Shown here: positions 37,991 to 51,600 of the stretch, piece by piece
Layout of the letters: each line of letters starts with the position of its first letter
How positions within the stretch are numbered: the first letter of the stretch is position 1
Origin: Raillietiella orientalis
Lineage: Eukaryota
DNA: 64,000 nt
Direction of reading: 5' to 3'
Assembly: GCA_036172245.1 (NCBI GenBank)
Contig: JAYWIR010000003.1
Location: 7,254,001-7,318,000 of the forward strand
Notes under the pieces: generated by a model
What the model saw: the letters and a program-made list of their open reading frames with translations, nothing else
What the model was told of the DNA's origin: nothing
Database searches by the model: none
Position numbers and translations under genes: made by a program

Positions 37991-40900
37991 ATGACTTCAT
38001 TTTCTGCGTGAACTCCTGGCTCCTCCTCCCCCCCCCCCCTTTTCGTCCCTACACGTAGCCGACATGCAAGTCGGCAACGGGAGTCGTCTCTTTGCACTCA
38101 AGGAACTCGCCAAGTCTCACGAAAGAACCGGGAAGTTGTTCCTTGCACCTGTTTGTCTCTGATCAGTGAGCGCCCTGGGAGGGCCCAGGGCTTCCAGTTT
38201 CCTTCCTTGCGCTCCTTTCGTGGAGGCGGACGGTCGATGCTGCTGCTTTCACGACGAAGCGCGGATGGAAAGACGCGCGCGCGCCGGTCCAGAGCGCCCT
38301 GCACCTGCGTCGTCTCGAGCGCCATCTAGCGAGGGAAACGCGTGGCTCGCGATTCGACACCGAGCTCGACTCCATGGAGCGCTCGCAGATGCCGCCAGTG
38401 GACCTCCACGAACCCGAACGCAGCTTCACTTTTCTCTTAGAACTCATCCTGGACTTTTCTTCCTCTCATCCTTCGTTCCGACCGCACCTGAGCTCACGCG
38501 GCGGCATCCTTTCGTGATGATGCGCAGCACGCACGGTGAGCGAACGAGTGCCGCCATCAGCATGGAGACACGGAAGGCGCACCCGACTCTCCACGGCGAA
38601 CGTTTCGGGACATTCGCAGCTCACCACGAAAAACTGCGATCGCTTTCGGGTGTTTCCGATCGAACGACGCGATCCCCGGGGAGAAAAAAAGAAAAAAAGA
38701 AAACCGGAAATACCTGCGCCCTGTTCCTAAACGCCCGCCAGTGCGCGCCTCCGGTTCCGGATGGAGTCACGCGGACAGGACAATCCACTGCAGCACCGGT
38801 ATAGCCACCGATCTCCCGGGTGCAACACCTCGAAGCGGTGAAGGCGACCGCACCACCGGGTCGCGCAGCGTCTCTTTCCCCCTCTCCTTCCCTCTTCTCT
38901 TCAAAAAAACCCGGAGGAGCACAGGAGGCGGCGGCAAAAGAAGGAAGATAAGGACCAAGTGCGTCTCCTCCTGTATCCACGACGACGTGCATCCCGCGTT
39001 CGGGTGCGGTTCCCGGCAGGACCCTTCTCGAACATTCCTTCGCAGGATTTCTCGGGAGTGGGGAAGCGCCGCGAACGATCCGCTCCCGGTTTTCCATAAA
39101 GCAGATAAGGCCGGACGGCAGGGCGCGCTGGTCGGCACCTGCCTGATTATCCCATTCTATCTATGCAGATCGAATGCGGTTGACTGGCGCCTCCCGAGTC
39201 CCTGGAGCGCCTGGGACGCGGATCAGCTCTCCCGCTCCTCGAGCATTCTCTTTTCCCGATCAGATGCAGAGCGGCTGGGAGCGAAAAGAATGGGAAGCCG
39301 TAATGAGTCCGCACGCGAACAGCAGCAGGCAGTCGCCAACCTCCGGCGGGTTGCCCCGCGCGACTCGCCTTTCCCTGACGGTCCGGCGAGCGGAACGCGG
39401 CCTCCCCCGATTCCCCGGTTCTCCCGGGGGAATCCGGAAGCAGGGAGGATCGCACCGCCGCGTCCTCCCGCCTCCGGCTCGGTCTTCCTTCCAGGCGGGC
39501 GCTGCTCGGACGCTTCGCCGGGAACGAATTCCCGATGATCCCTGCAGCCTCTCCTCTCCTCGGGGTGAGGGAGGGGGTCGCATCCTGCAGAGACTCCGCT
39601 TGCCTCTCCTGGGGTGTATCCTGGATGTGCAGATGGCAGCGGTCTCTGAACGCCCGCTGCAGTCCTCAACAGAGATGGCGCCCCCTTTCGCCGCGTTCTC
39701 CTTGTGCCGGACTGCTCCTCCTTGTCCCAGCCTTTCCAAGTCCCTTACCTCCTGCTTTCCCATCCCCTTTTCTCTTCTTCCGGCTGCGAGTTCCGCTGGC
39801 TGCCTCCTTCTGGTGACCACCTTGCGCCCACGACGCTGTCGCTTCCCGCGGCCCGTGGCTACGCAGACACCTGGTCAGACACTTGAGTCGGAGGTTGGCG
39901 AGGTCGAAACCCCTGCGGACGGGAAGGTCGGCGCCGGCGAGCCCTGTCCGGAGTTGCCGCGCATCTTCCCTCCTCGTCCGCGAGAAGGAGCGCCCATCTG
40001 TCGTGCCCACTGTACTCGGCGCCGCCTCGGAGGGCAGCGCTCCGCTCCAGGACCATGGCCGCCTCCCGGAAGGGAAAGTGTGTGTGTGGAGTCCCCCAAA
40101 CCCTGTGTGCCGGCGAGACGGAAGTTCCCTCCCCTTCCTTCTTCCTGCGGCCCTTCCTGTCGCTCGCGAGGACGAGGAGGTGGGCACCCTGGACAAGGTC
40201 GGAGCGGGAAGTTGTTTCCAGGTCGTCGGCGCCAGGAGGAGATGACCCGCGAGCCGGGAGGAGCCTCCTGGGAGGGAGGACCACGAATTCGCGCGCGTGT
40301 CCACTTCGGGATACCTCCTGCGAGCTCGCGCCGCCTTTCCGGGAGTCCCGGACGGCCAAACCGCTCACCCCATGCGGACCAGCAGATTCCGGAAAGCTTC
40401 GAGAATTCCGAGCCGAGAACTTCTGCGAGGGCGCTCGGACCTTCTCCCCATCGAAAGTGGGGCTTTGTCGATCACTGGTCCCATACAAAGAGGAAGGAGC
40501 TGACGGGACAGAACGGGCTGGTGTAGGACTTGGTGACTACCAGAATGAGGGGGAAAAAAGGGGGGGCAGCAGCAATGCTGGGTGCAATAGGCCGCCCTGC
40601 ATCGCGATGCGGGTGGCGGCACCGGCGCAAACTGTGCTCCCCATCGCCCCTCTCAGCAGGGTGCCGGCCGTCGGGAGCAACTTCATGCGATAACAGTCAC
40701 GCCCTCCGGCATCCCCTTCTTGGAGTTGGGAAAGGGGGAAAGGCGGCGCCGCCTGCACGTGGGCGAGGGCAGCCGGCGAATGGCTAGTTGGGAAAGGTTA
40801 GCGCTTGCGTAATGAGGTCTTCGTGGTCAACTTTCCTCGACTCTCCCCCCTCCCCCGCCGGCCCCTTCGAGGGAAACGCTGAAGGGGGGGAGGGGTGAGA

Positions 40901-43329
40901 GGAGCGCGGAGGGAGAAGAGCGCTCGGAAAAAAACCCATCACTTGGGGATGCGGCTTCTACGCAGAGGCGGCGGCGCGCACAGAACCTTACGGTGCTACC
41001 CTCGCGGTGCCTCCATGAAACGGCCCCCTGAGAACAGCCGCGTGGACCCCAGGAAATGGGTCCCGCGGTTGCCGCTCTGCTTACTTCGATAGCGGCGGGG
41101 AGTTCCATGTTCTCCTCGCAGGGGCCAGCAAGCCCTGGGTAATTGTCCTCGGAGAGGGCCCGCACGGGGGCCCACACTCGCCCTCAGGCGGTGGCAGGGC
41201 TCTCTGGGCGTGCAGTTTCTTCCGGGTCACGGGGCAACCAGTACCTGCTTTAGGACCGCTACCCTCCCACCTCTTTCAGGGACTCTCCGGAGAGGGGGCA
41301 ATCGGTCGCTGTCCGCAGGAATGACGCGAAATCGAAACGCATCCTCTCCAGCCCGCTGAAGCGGCGAGAAAGACGCCCCCCGGAAGAGACACCGCGCATC
41401 TGGCCACCTCGACGCCGAGAGGGGACTTGGGATGACTATCCTCCTGCAAAAGGGGCCATTACGCCCTCCGAAGGGACGCAGAAGACGCGAGGAGGCGACT
41501 TCTGTTTTTCTTGATCTGCTCGCATGTACATGACCCCGTCCGGGGCTGGTAGACATCAAGGAGGAGGAGGGCAGATCGTTCGTGTGAGGCCCGGGGCTGC
41601 TTCACTTTTTTCTGTGGGGGTCTCCACCCCTACGCGTCCAACAGAGTCGGCGCGGAGGAATGGAAGAAACTCCCTGACCTGTCGATACCGACTGAAGGGC
41701 TACCGCCTTCCGGTTGCCTCGGATATGGAAGGGAGAAGGGACAGGCAAATGGGGTCTCCCGCGTCCTTGGTCCTCCGAAAACTCCCGTCCTCCTTCTCTT
41801 CCGCGAAGGGACTGCGGCCGCCCCGGGAAAGGCGGAGGAGCCGGATTCGAGTCTCGCCGCCCGTTGCCGGGGCGATGGGAACTCCCCGAGAGCAGTGCTC
41901 GTGCTGCCGAATCCATCGCCGGGACCAGGAGGGTGGGGGCGCGGGTGCCGCTGTCAGGAGCACCCGCGCTCCTGACAGCAGCCCCGGCACGGCCTGGCTA
42001 ATTGGACTTTCAGCCGCAGGCGCACGCCGGGAGACGCTCCCGGGGATGCGCCACCGCCTGCTGGGGAGGAGGCAGTGCAGGTTCCCCTGCCGGGGGCGCG
42101 GCGGGGAGCTCCCGGCGGGGATCCGCCCGCCCGAAGCCCCACGGCCGCATACCAGGTCCAGGAAGGGAAGGGAGGACAGCTGGATGCGCGGGTTCATCGC
42201 GGGGGTGCCCCACAGCTCCGTCCTCCCCTGGTGGCCAGAAGGGAGCCACATCATCGACCCTCGATCTTCAGAGACCCAGAACGGGGGGCGGCAGGGTCAA
42301 AAGTCCTCGAGTTGCTCCCTCTGGTTTCCGCCCCGAGGCCTCCCTCGGAACGAGGAGCTCCCGACGGAGTGTATCCCCTCCGGCGCCGCGTGGCCTCCAT
42401 CCAGGGGTCTTTTCTCGGAGGCGCCGTGAGGGGAAGCATTGTGTAGCAGCCCCATGCGCGGCGCTGCCGCCCGCTTCTCCTCCTCGTGGATGCTGCGTAC
42501 CCGCAAGGTAAGGATTCTCCCTCCTACCCTTCCTTCCCCCCCTTCTCCCAGCACTGCCCTTGGAAGGTCCAGAGAGGGAAGAGGGGCTGCCGAACTCGCA
42601 TCCCTTCCACCGAAGAAAGGAAAGCCGCGGAGGGGATGGCGCGCGCATCTGATGAATCCGGGATGAAGGCGGCGGGTGGAGCGGAGGCTCTTCCGAAGGC
42701 CGCGGGGCCGCGGGCGGAGGACATTCCCAGTGCTGCATTTCCGCATCCAAGGGAGGTGCTGGCCGCGTCTGAGTTCCGCCGCGATGTCGAAGGGCCGGGG
42801 TCAGTGAGGGGATCCTCCCCACGGAACGGAAGGGTAGGGGCGTGCGCGCGCCTGGTGGGGTTCCTCTCTTGATCGGTATCGCGCGGTCCGGTCGAGAAAC
42901 CACGGAACCGAACCGTTTCCGCCGGGAACTCCCGCGGCTCCCTTGTTTCCCCCGCTTCCGAGACCATTGATCTGCTGCGGGGAAGCGGAAGTTCCGGCTC
43001 TCGGAGATGCGGAGGTAGGACGTCGGGAGATACCGTGGTAGGCGGCCCGCAGGCGCAGACGCCGAGGTCCGCTCGCTCGCCGAGAACTGTCACCGCACCG
43101 CGCCGGCCGCGGAATTCTCTGCCTCTGGGGGACAGGAGCGTCAGTGGATTGCATAGGAGGGACTACTGGCGCAGCGAAGGGATCCACGAGTTTCACCTCG
43201 CGTCGTCCGCTCAAGGTCACATCCGTCACATCAAATTGAAATCGGCGGAACTGTGGACTTGGGTGGGTCTTCCCCCCTTTCCCCCACATTAACCCCAAAT
43301 ATCGATACCTCTCATTGTTGAGCCTCGTC

Positions 43330-46300
43330 TAATGACGAGGAACGCGAGGGCCAGATCCGAGAGAGGCCGGGGCTAAGCTGCCCGCACCGGCTCTTCTCGT
43401 CGCGCGTGCTTTGGCAGGACTCTTCCCGGTTTCGAACAGTCCTGGAAGATGGGACAAGGGCCAGACGGGAGAGGGAAGGCAGGCGCGAAGACCCCTACTC
43501 CTTTCTCTGATCAGGGGATCCCATCCTCTGGGGCCTCTGCCAAGCGGGACTTGCGAGGAGGTCCCGTCCCAGTCCCGCCGGGACGGGACCTCAAGCTGCA
43601 GGCTGCACGAGGGCGGGCTGAGCCAATCGGCGCTGCTCGTCGCCCTGCTGTGGATCTCCTGCCTCACAGCCCATGCATGCAGATGGTGGTGGTGCATCTG
43701 GGGACGGTCTTGAGAGCCACCCAAGAGCCCAATCGGACCGCGCTGGAGGAGACACCGAAAAGCAACCGGAGGAATGGGCTCGAGTCATGCCCAGAGCGCG
43801 CCGCCGCCGCTCAAGCCCATCGGACGGGAACGGGGACGTGGGCAGGCCAGGAGCTCGCGTCCCCAGCTTCCCGTCCAGCAGGGCAGCAGGCCCTGATCCT
43901 AGGAGAAAGAGCAACTGGCGACCACCGCCTCTCGTCCACGGCTCATCCGGGACTGCCATCCTCCTTCGCTGTCTCCCGCAGGTGCAGCACGCAGTGGTGC
44001 CCTCTCTCCGCCCCCCCTCACGGAAGCGCGCACTCGCGCACGCTTTCCAGCCCGGGAATCATGAGTGCCCGGATACTATGGCGGCGGCGATCCTTTCCTC
44101 CCCTCGCGCGCCTCGTCGCCTCAAGATCGGGAGTGCCCGGGGCATGGAGTTCGCCTGCGGAGGCTCTCGCAGTCCTCCTCGAAAGTGCTGAGACCTGACC
44201 TGGATGAGGGGCCTTCGCGAGTAGGAACAGCGCGTACCGGAGGCAGAAGGTCTGCTGATGGCGTTCAAGGGCGGGAAGGCGGAGATCCAGGACGACTCGG
44301 TCGGAGGGAGGAAAGGCTGGGGGCTTCCTGCAGGGTCCGCGGAGGAGATCCTCCCAAGAGCGGCCCTTTCTGACAAAAATCGAAACCGGAGAGAGCGAAG
44401 GATCCCAAGTGATAAGATTAGGAGGGAGAGCTTCCGGCTCGAGTAGCTCCCCTTGACAGGTGCGTTCCGCCGAAGAGGCCAGGAAGGGCGCGCGCATCCG
44501 TGACGCACCGCCGCGCGCTCCCTCTGTCCCGCGGAAGGAACGCGCGCAGTCCCTTACGCCGCTGCCTTCCAGCTCGGCGGCATCCGTGGGGAAGAGAAAG
44601 GAGCGTTTTCCGACCCCCTTCCCTCACCGGTCTGTAGGGTCGGCGTCCCTGGGCAGGCAGGCAACACGCCCGCAGCTGGGCTGCTTCTGCGCTGGGGAGG
44701 GGGCAAAGGGGACTGTGAGAAGCTGGCCAAAGCCCACCGTGGCGTCCGAGGTCGTGGGGCTCCCCGAGGCAAAAGTCGAGGGTGGTGTCGCTTCCCGCGA
44801 GGTGTCCCGGCAGCAAAACGGCCGCAGGGAAGGCGAAAAGGTGAAGCGCGAGGAGGAAGCTGTCTGGAACCACTGGGAGGGAAGAGTTGGCTCTCCCTTT
44901 GCTGACAGGGTTGGGCTGCCCGGAGGGTCTCCGGACAGGAAGAGCCACGGGACACGAAGCAGCTGGCTTTCCCACCCGGCTACGCTCCGGGAGTCTTCCC
45001 TCGCGGGAGGGTAAGCCAAGGTCGATGCCCTTCAGGTCGGGAACGCCTTTCCTTCCGCGGCACGCTCTCGAGGAAACTTCCGTCTCCCCGTGCCTTCCAG
45101 GCCGTCCCGCGGTGGCTCTTGCGCTGCCGGCTGGCCCAGCGGATGCCAGGAAGTCCAACGAGCGAACAGACGAGGCGACGTGGGATGGAGCCGCGACCCC
45201 GTGCCCTCGGGACTTGGGATCCGCTCAGCCTCCCAACCGACCCTTCCCTCCTCGTGCTTTCCAGGCCATTGACCATCCCGGCGAGGGACGCTCCGCTCAA
45301 ACTGCGCCAAAAGAAGGCGTCCGGAGAGGATCTCTAGGGGGCGACCTGGAGAAGGGTCTCACTCAAGCCTTGAGGTGATCTTCACCGCGTGCGGTCGATC
45401 CCCGGACCCTTGTATCCGGCTGTGGCAGAGGGGAGGTCGCCCGCGTCCCGAAGAGACCGGGGTCGCGCGCGCCTGCACGTCGCGGGCGAAAGGGGAGTTC
45501 CTTGCATTCCCGGGGAGAACAGCTCCGTGCCCGGAAAATGCTGCAGAGCGCCCGAATCTCTCCGCGAGTCCGCAGGTTGGGTCATGAGGAAGGGCAGACA
45601 AGCAGGGGCAGATCTGGAGCTTAGGTGGTGGGCCCGTCGACGACGCTGCGGATTCCGGCGCGGACAAGAAGGGTGGCAACCGCATCGCCACCCGCAGGTG
45701 TGAGCGCGGGCCCGCTCGCACCAGGGAAAGCAGTTCCTTCTCGAACCCCGCAGGCACCCCCACCTTCGCCCTTTCCACGCAGGTCTCCATGGAGTCCGCC
45801 AGCGCATCGGCCCGCGTCAACGGGCGGGCGGCTGCGGTCTCTGCGAGCGCACCAGACGTCGTCGATTTGATGTCCCTCGGAGAAGAAGGACCCATCCTCG
45901 AGGAGAGCGGAGGGATTCGATTCCTTCCCCGAGCAGGACGATGCTGGTCGGCCTATTCGGGTGCGGCATCGGTGGAAGCCGGGAACTCTCGCATGCTCCC
46001 CGTTGATTCGCCGGGACTGGAAGCTAACCTTCCGGGATCTCTTCCCAGGAATCAAGGTGCCCTTCGGTTTTGTAAGAGAGCCGCTCCAATTCCGGAGGGG
46101 AGACCCTCCATTGCTTACCATGGAGCTGGATGTCTCTCCAGAGCGTGAGAAAGTGGTCCTGCACTGTTCCTTTCGGGATGGCGTTCTTCAGGGAAATCGG
46201 GAAGAGGCCTTTCGGGGTTCTCATCACAGGAGGAAAAAAGGAACGATTCCCTTGCTGGTGGGTGTCTCCCAGAAGAGAATCGATGAAATGGCTTTCTCCA

Positions 46301-46520
46301 GGGGACCCTTTTAGAGAGAGTGAGGAAGGAAATTCCTTTACTGATCTCTTCCTCTGGAACTTTTCCTGGGTTCATAGGGGGATCCCCTCCTTGGGTACCC
46401 CTAACTGGAAGAGTGAGAACGCATCCTCTAGTGGGTTGAAGAGCTTCGTGAGCCCCCAGGAGAACGGTTCTTCAGCACTCCTTGAGAGCCTAAAGAGAAA
46501 AAAGGAAAAAAAAGCTGGAA
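43330..46520 (-). mobile_element. 5' half of a decayed Tx1-like element (leader, ORF1 remnant, start of APE endonuclease)
   Basis: Shared 5' block with MNPGK start at 46375. Degenerate GH...P knuckle-like stretch at ~45550. NLITWDP at ~44420 resembles the APE N-terminal ITWN motif. Many frameshifts. Confidence 0.45.
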
Positions 46521-46619
46521 GGAAAACCGCGGAAGAAAAGGACCCCAAAGGGTTCCTACCATCTCCTTCATCTTCATTCTTACGCTGTTTCCGGATGAAC
46601 CGTGGAGGCCGACCTGTTC

Positions 46620-46922
46620 CTCACGGGCACATGATTGGAGTTGCTACAGAGCGCGCACCGACGAGTCGAGATAATCCTGGATTCTTCTCTGATGAGGGAA
46701 GGTAGGGCCAACAAGCAATGGACGTGCCTAGAGCCCTTGCAGTCACAGTCTATCTACACAAAGCTTTCCACTGCGCCAACCAGGAACTCCTTCTGGAGCT
46801 GCTGGCACTCATGGGATTCTCAGCCGTCTCCCTGGCCTATCTGCGCTCCTGCTGGCGCAACGCGCTCATCAACATTCTTTTCAGCTGCCGGCACGTGTGC
46901 GGCGTGCCCGTTCGCTGCGGCT
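46620..46922 (+). mobile_element. Non-LTR (L1/Tx1-like) reverse transcriptase fragment
   Basis: VYLHKAFHCANQELLLELLALMGFSAVSLAYLRSCW...VPVRCG corresponds to the RT D..KAFD.V.H..L...L...GF block leading to RGV. Truncated by the abutting 3' end of the minus-strand copy at 46925. Confidence 0.7.
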
Positions 46923-46924
46923 TA

Positions 46925-48430
46925 AGCCACCCGGGTTTGCCGGGGCATTTATTATTAAAATTCAATAAAAAATCCCATAATGAAGTCGATTTTTTTCACA
47001 ATATCATGCTAGAACACTTGGTTCTACCCAGCGCGGAAGACTTGCCCTAAACCGGTATGGAGACCGGTGAGGTCCTCTCCAGCCGCGAAGGGGGAGGGAA
47101 AACCAAGCAAAAAAAGTAAACAAAGAATGGAAGAAAAAAGGAAAAGGAATGTTTCTTGGGAAGGAGAGGTCGGGGAAGGGATCACCGTTCGCCAGGAGAA
47201 GCCCCCTACATCCTGTTCCGGATGCTGAAAAGTTTTGCTTTTTTTTCTTAAAGTTGGGACAATCGGGAAGCGATCTACAAGAAGATTTTCGCCCAGTGGA
47301 TGGCACTCCTGCTATTCTGACTCTTCTTCTGGCGTTCCAGGTTGCCACGATTCCTCTACACAGCAGAGAACTGCTTGAGATGCGGCTGGAGGCAGGGCGT
47401 CACGCATGAAGAGCCGGAAAATGTGCTTGGGGTCTCCTACCGGGATTTGGAGGACCAACGAGAGTCGATCCCAAGGGGCACGGAAGTCGACACAGTCTAT
47501 GATTAGGTGTGGAAAGGTTTCCCTTTCCCCACACTCTGCACAATGGGCATCCACACTCCCCAGTGTCCAGTGAGAGAGGCGAGCTTTGCATGGGATTCCC
47601 CAATGCAACAATAGCAACGCCCTCTCTTGGCATTGCAGGGCGAGGGTGCCACTGTCCCACCACGCTGAAGTGGTCCCCAGGAGGTATTGCTGCTCCCTGG
47701 AGGGGACCACTTTACCTCCGGGAGGTTAAGTGGTCTTCCCCGGAGGAGGTATTGCGAGCAGCTCGCTTCAGCGTATAAGTCCTTTCGGCGGGACACTCGA
47801 GGTCGCAGCGTCCGCTAGCTGCCCAGTTGTCCACAGTTTTAAGATTTTTTTCCTGCCTCCAATTAGACAGGACATTTCCCACATTGCCGGATCGTTGCTG
47901 TCTCTAGCGCTCTTGAGAGAGGGAAGCACTGGGGCAAGGGGGGGGGAGGGTGAACGAAGCCCACAGCAGTTTGCGTGGGTTGCACATGATCTTCTGCAGG
48001 GGCTGTCGAGCGTGCCTCCCTCTCCGGAGGCAGGCGTATGCCGCCTCGCTGGAGCTTTTGATCTTTCTCCATGTCAAAACTGACTTCTGAAGCCAGGTAT
48101 TGCAGTTCGCGGGGAAGCAGGAGATCCACGTATTCTCCTTCAGCAGGGCAACCATCCGACGCAGCTGATGACCACAATGTCTCAGGCTGCGGTCGTAAGC
48201 CAGGAGGATCGAGGTCAATCCTTCGCTGCAGGCCGCTCTCCTGATGAGAAGGCGTGCGGGTGAGCGCCAGGGCGTTCAAGTAACTTCGCCACAAGGGCGA
48301 GTCTTCTGAGTTGGAGCTGTCGCTCCATCCGCCTCAGCGTAAGGAGGCCCAGTCCACCGTCCTTACGCGGAGCGCGCAAGACTTTCAATGGAAATCTGGA
48401 CCTCCCTGTGCTCCAAAGGGCTTTTCTTAG
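46925..48430 (-). mobile_element. L1/Tx1-like non-LTR retrotransposon, 5'-truncated decayed copy (ORF2 C-terminal third + 3' UTR)
   Basis: Minus-strand frames give RAPRKDGGLGLLTL (post-RT GGLG motif) and KARLSHWTLGSVDAHCAECGERETFPHLIIDC (zf-RVT-like C-x2-C...ET..H...C). Colinear nucleotide similarity to 17100-18335. Frameshifted. Confidence 0.8.
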
Positions 48431-48454
48431 GAGGTTCTCGGTTCCCTCCCCCTT

Positions 48455-48635
48455 CTGTTTTTGTGTATTTGTTTTTTTTTGGTTTCTTTTTCCTTCCCCC
48501 AGGCTTTCGAAGCGGACGTCGCCGGTCTGCGAACAGCCCTTCGGCAGTGCCTCGCACGTGGTAGAGCCGAGGGTCCCACCACAGCAATGTAATTTTATTA
48601 CTCTACGTAATAGATGCCCCGACATAAGCAAGTGA
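48455..48635 (+). mobile_element. Tx1-like family 3' UTR-only fragment
   Basis: T tract followed by ggacgtcgccggtctgcg, cgtggtagagcc...accac and aatagatgccccgac...gtgata: the same order of motifs as the other copies. Confidence 0.55.
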
Positions 48636-51600
48636 TAATCGATGCTCCTTCGTCACTATTTGACAGACGGGAAGCTTCCACCTGCCCATTTTCCACCCAT
48701 TGCAGCAGCGACTCGCTCTGGATAGTCCACCTTCGTGAGGAACATTCTCCGCCGGAAGGACGGATGGGTCGCGCCAGCGAGTCTTCGGGCAGCAATGCTG
48801 CGAGGCTGAGGGCGCAAGGGGAAGGATCCAGGAAGGCGTTTCGCTTCCAGGAGACGTGGTTTCTGCTCGATGAGGCTGCCTTTCGGGGCGGTGGCTCAGC
48901 ACGAGTTTTCATGGCTCTTTCGCAGTCCATCCTTCAAGAGGGGGCTCCCCGATTTCGCCAGAGCCCCAACCCCAACCGGACCGACGGCGCAGGAGACTTG
49001 GCGGGCGGATTCCAGAAGGCGTAAGGCGGCGGCTGCCGCGGTCACGTCGATCACCTTCGTGTATGGATGAGAGAGGGGGTCATGTAGAGAAATCACGCCA
49101 CTTGCGGAACGGGGACGAGGGAGACCACATCAGATCCACCGGTCGTGTGGAGTTTTGCACGCTTCGAGCGCGCCCCACTGTGGGCAGGGGGTCCAGGGAA
49201 TCCATTGCTCTTGTCCCATCCAGTCAGCTCCCGAAGGACCCGTGTCCGGCCTTTCTATGCCATCCCATCGGCTGTTTCTCGTTCTTGGAGAGAGGGAGCA
49301 GTGGCGAACAAGGTTCCCTTCTTCTTGCAGCCACCACCGCGAGGAGCAGAAACCTGGACAAGCCCATTCCTGAGAAGCGCAAGAAATCCCCATTCTCGCC
49401 TCCCTTCAATCCCCCCTCCTTCTTCAGGCCGCAAGTTCCCTCAACGGAACGGGACAATCAGACCAGCTAACGAGAATCTGCGCAGTGACATCGGGAGTTT
49501 TGTCTTCGACATTTTTCTTTTCTTTTTTTGGTCCTGGATATTCCGGTCGCTGTAGACCTCGCTTATTGCGGAGCTTTCCTTCGGCAATGCCATACTCATC
49601 CAAAGACTTAATGGCGCTTACAGGAACGGGTCCCGCCAGAATGCACAGCACTTCCTCTTTTTCACATGCAAGCAGAACGGGATACACGTCCATTAGAGGA
49701 AACGTACACAGATCGAGCTGGGAGAGGATGTCTTAGACATGTTTCGTTTCACGTAACTGATTTAGAACGAGCTCGGCATCGGAAAGAAGAAGAAGGGAAA
49801 AAAAACTTACCAAGAAACGGACCATTAGACCAGTTTATCGAAGGCTGGTTCGGATTGCCAGAATACGCCTGCAGCAACTGATGTGAAAGGCCGGAAACCT
49901 GCCTCCCTTCCAGGCCTGGGAAGCATCCTTTCCGTAGCAGCGGCAGTGTCCTTGGCAACGCCACCTGGGCTCGCGACGCGTGCTGCCGGGACAGTTGTGT
50001 ACTCCTTCATAAGGGATCTTGAGGCATCAAGTGCTCCCTCATTCATCTCGTATGTGTGCGTGTGAGTGTGTGCTTTTCCTTTCGCCCTATGAGAGCAGCG
50101 CACGCGGTCGAGCACGCCTTACCGCACTGACCTGCTGTTTAGAAACGGCGTGAGCCGCGTCAGCGCCCTGAGCAACGCGTTCCGGGGACACCAACTCGAG
50201 CACCAACTCTCCGAGAAGGAGCGCCCCGCAGCCGCTGCCGCCGGGGCGGGCCCCGTAAGTCAAGGATGCCGTTGAGGACTGTCCTGCATCCGAGTGGAGC
50301 CCAGCCAATAGGAAGGGGAAGCCTTCGTACGGGAAAATGTCAGCACCTTCGCACGCCTCCGAAGAAGGGAAAGGGGAGGTGAGGGGTGGCGTGGCGTGCG
50401 CAGGGCGGGCAGGAGCCTCGCGGAAGCCTCACTCCGATGGCGTCTGCTCCCAGGTCCACGCGAGAGCGCTGCTGAGCCCTATGGGAGTCCCGTGACAGGG
50501 ATGAGACTGATGGAACTCGCAGGACCCTTCTTCTGGAGCGGGAAGCAGCCTCGAGAAGGCAAGGAGTAGGGCAAAAAGTCAAGGTGCGCGAGCACTGGTT
50601 CTCCTCCGTCGGCCGGAGACCGCGGCGTCCACGGTGGACGAGGCGAGAACGCCTGTCGCCTCGGACGCCCGAGCGTTCACGGCGTGTTCAACCGGGTACC
50701 GTGGAGACGGGAAGCCGCCGCACGGTGGGCCGACGGCTGCGCGCGTTGGGCAGCCGGGTGGGTAGTCCTCCCCAGTTTTGTCATGGTGACGGCCGCGATT
50801 GGACTCTACTGAACATCCAGGACGGCACCCCCGGATGCCCGAGGGGATGGACCGGAGGGTTTTCCGGACGCAGGTCACGGATCACCCCCACGACGTCCCT
50901 GCTCCCCAGTCCCGCCGGGCCGGGAGCGATTGCGAGCGTCGCGCCCTCCGTGGCCGTGGCCGGGAAGTCTCCCGGGAGCCGAACGGGAGCTGCGGCTGCC
51001 ACCTGGCGGCGGGGTCGGAAAAGCGGCCGGTGGGAGGAGCGCCGGCTCCCGTGCGCCTGGCTGGGCGCCTCCCGAGCCCAGGCCGCATCAGCCTCCGACG
51101 CTGCAACAGGTTGCCGCAGTCCTCTCTCTCGATGACCGCGCGATGACGGACCGGAAGCGCACGGTGCCGCCGCTGCTGCTGCTCGCCGGGGAGTGCTGCC
51201 TCCGCGGCCGCAGGACCGGCCAGGATGGCCGCCCTCTAGGTGAGTTCCCCGGACACCCACCTATTTCCCGGAGAGGGCGCGGGAGGGGAAGGGGAGAGGA
51301 GGGAGGAAACGCGCGCGCCGTCATCCACTCTGGTTCTGCGAGAGCACACGAGATGGTGCGGCGTCAGGCCACCGTCCGATGCGGATCCTCCTGCCCGCCT
51401 GCCCGCAGTCCGCTCGGGTGGTGGTCCAGGGCTGTCCAGGGAGCGAGGCGGAGCGGAAGGGGAGCAGAGCGGAGTTGAAGGGGAGCGAAGCGCAGAGCGC
51501 TCCACCTTGGCGGGTGGCTCCGCCTTGGCTGCGGACGCCGCGTCAGAAAGAGGGAAGAACGGGACTCATTCCCGGGACGCGAGCCGTTCGTGGGGCTCCA

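Noticed and set aside
38098..38447. CR1/L2-like LE.VQ..A.R motif on the minus strand (and an SF....W.L.P-like motif at ~59550-59610)
   Set aside because: Single weak motifs, too little to list as features.
39174..40526. 450-aa ORF
   Set aside because: Composition-driven (P/R/S/G), non-ATG start, no recognisable motif. Lies over probable minus-strand TE debris.
50142..50260. Possible + strand exon (tttAG ... CCC|GTAAGT) encoding NGVSRVSALSNAFRGHQLEHQ...
   Set aside because: No recognisable homology, and no compatible neighbouring exon was found.
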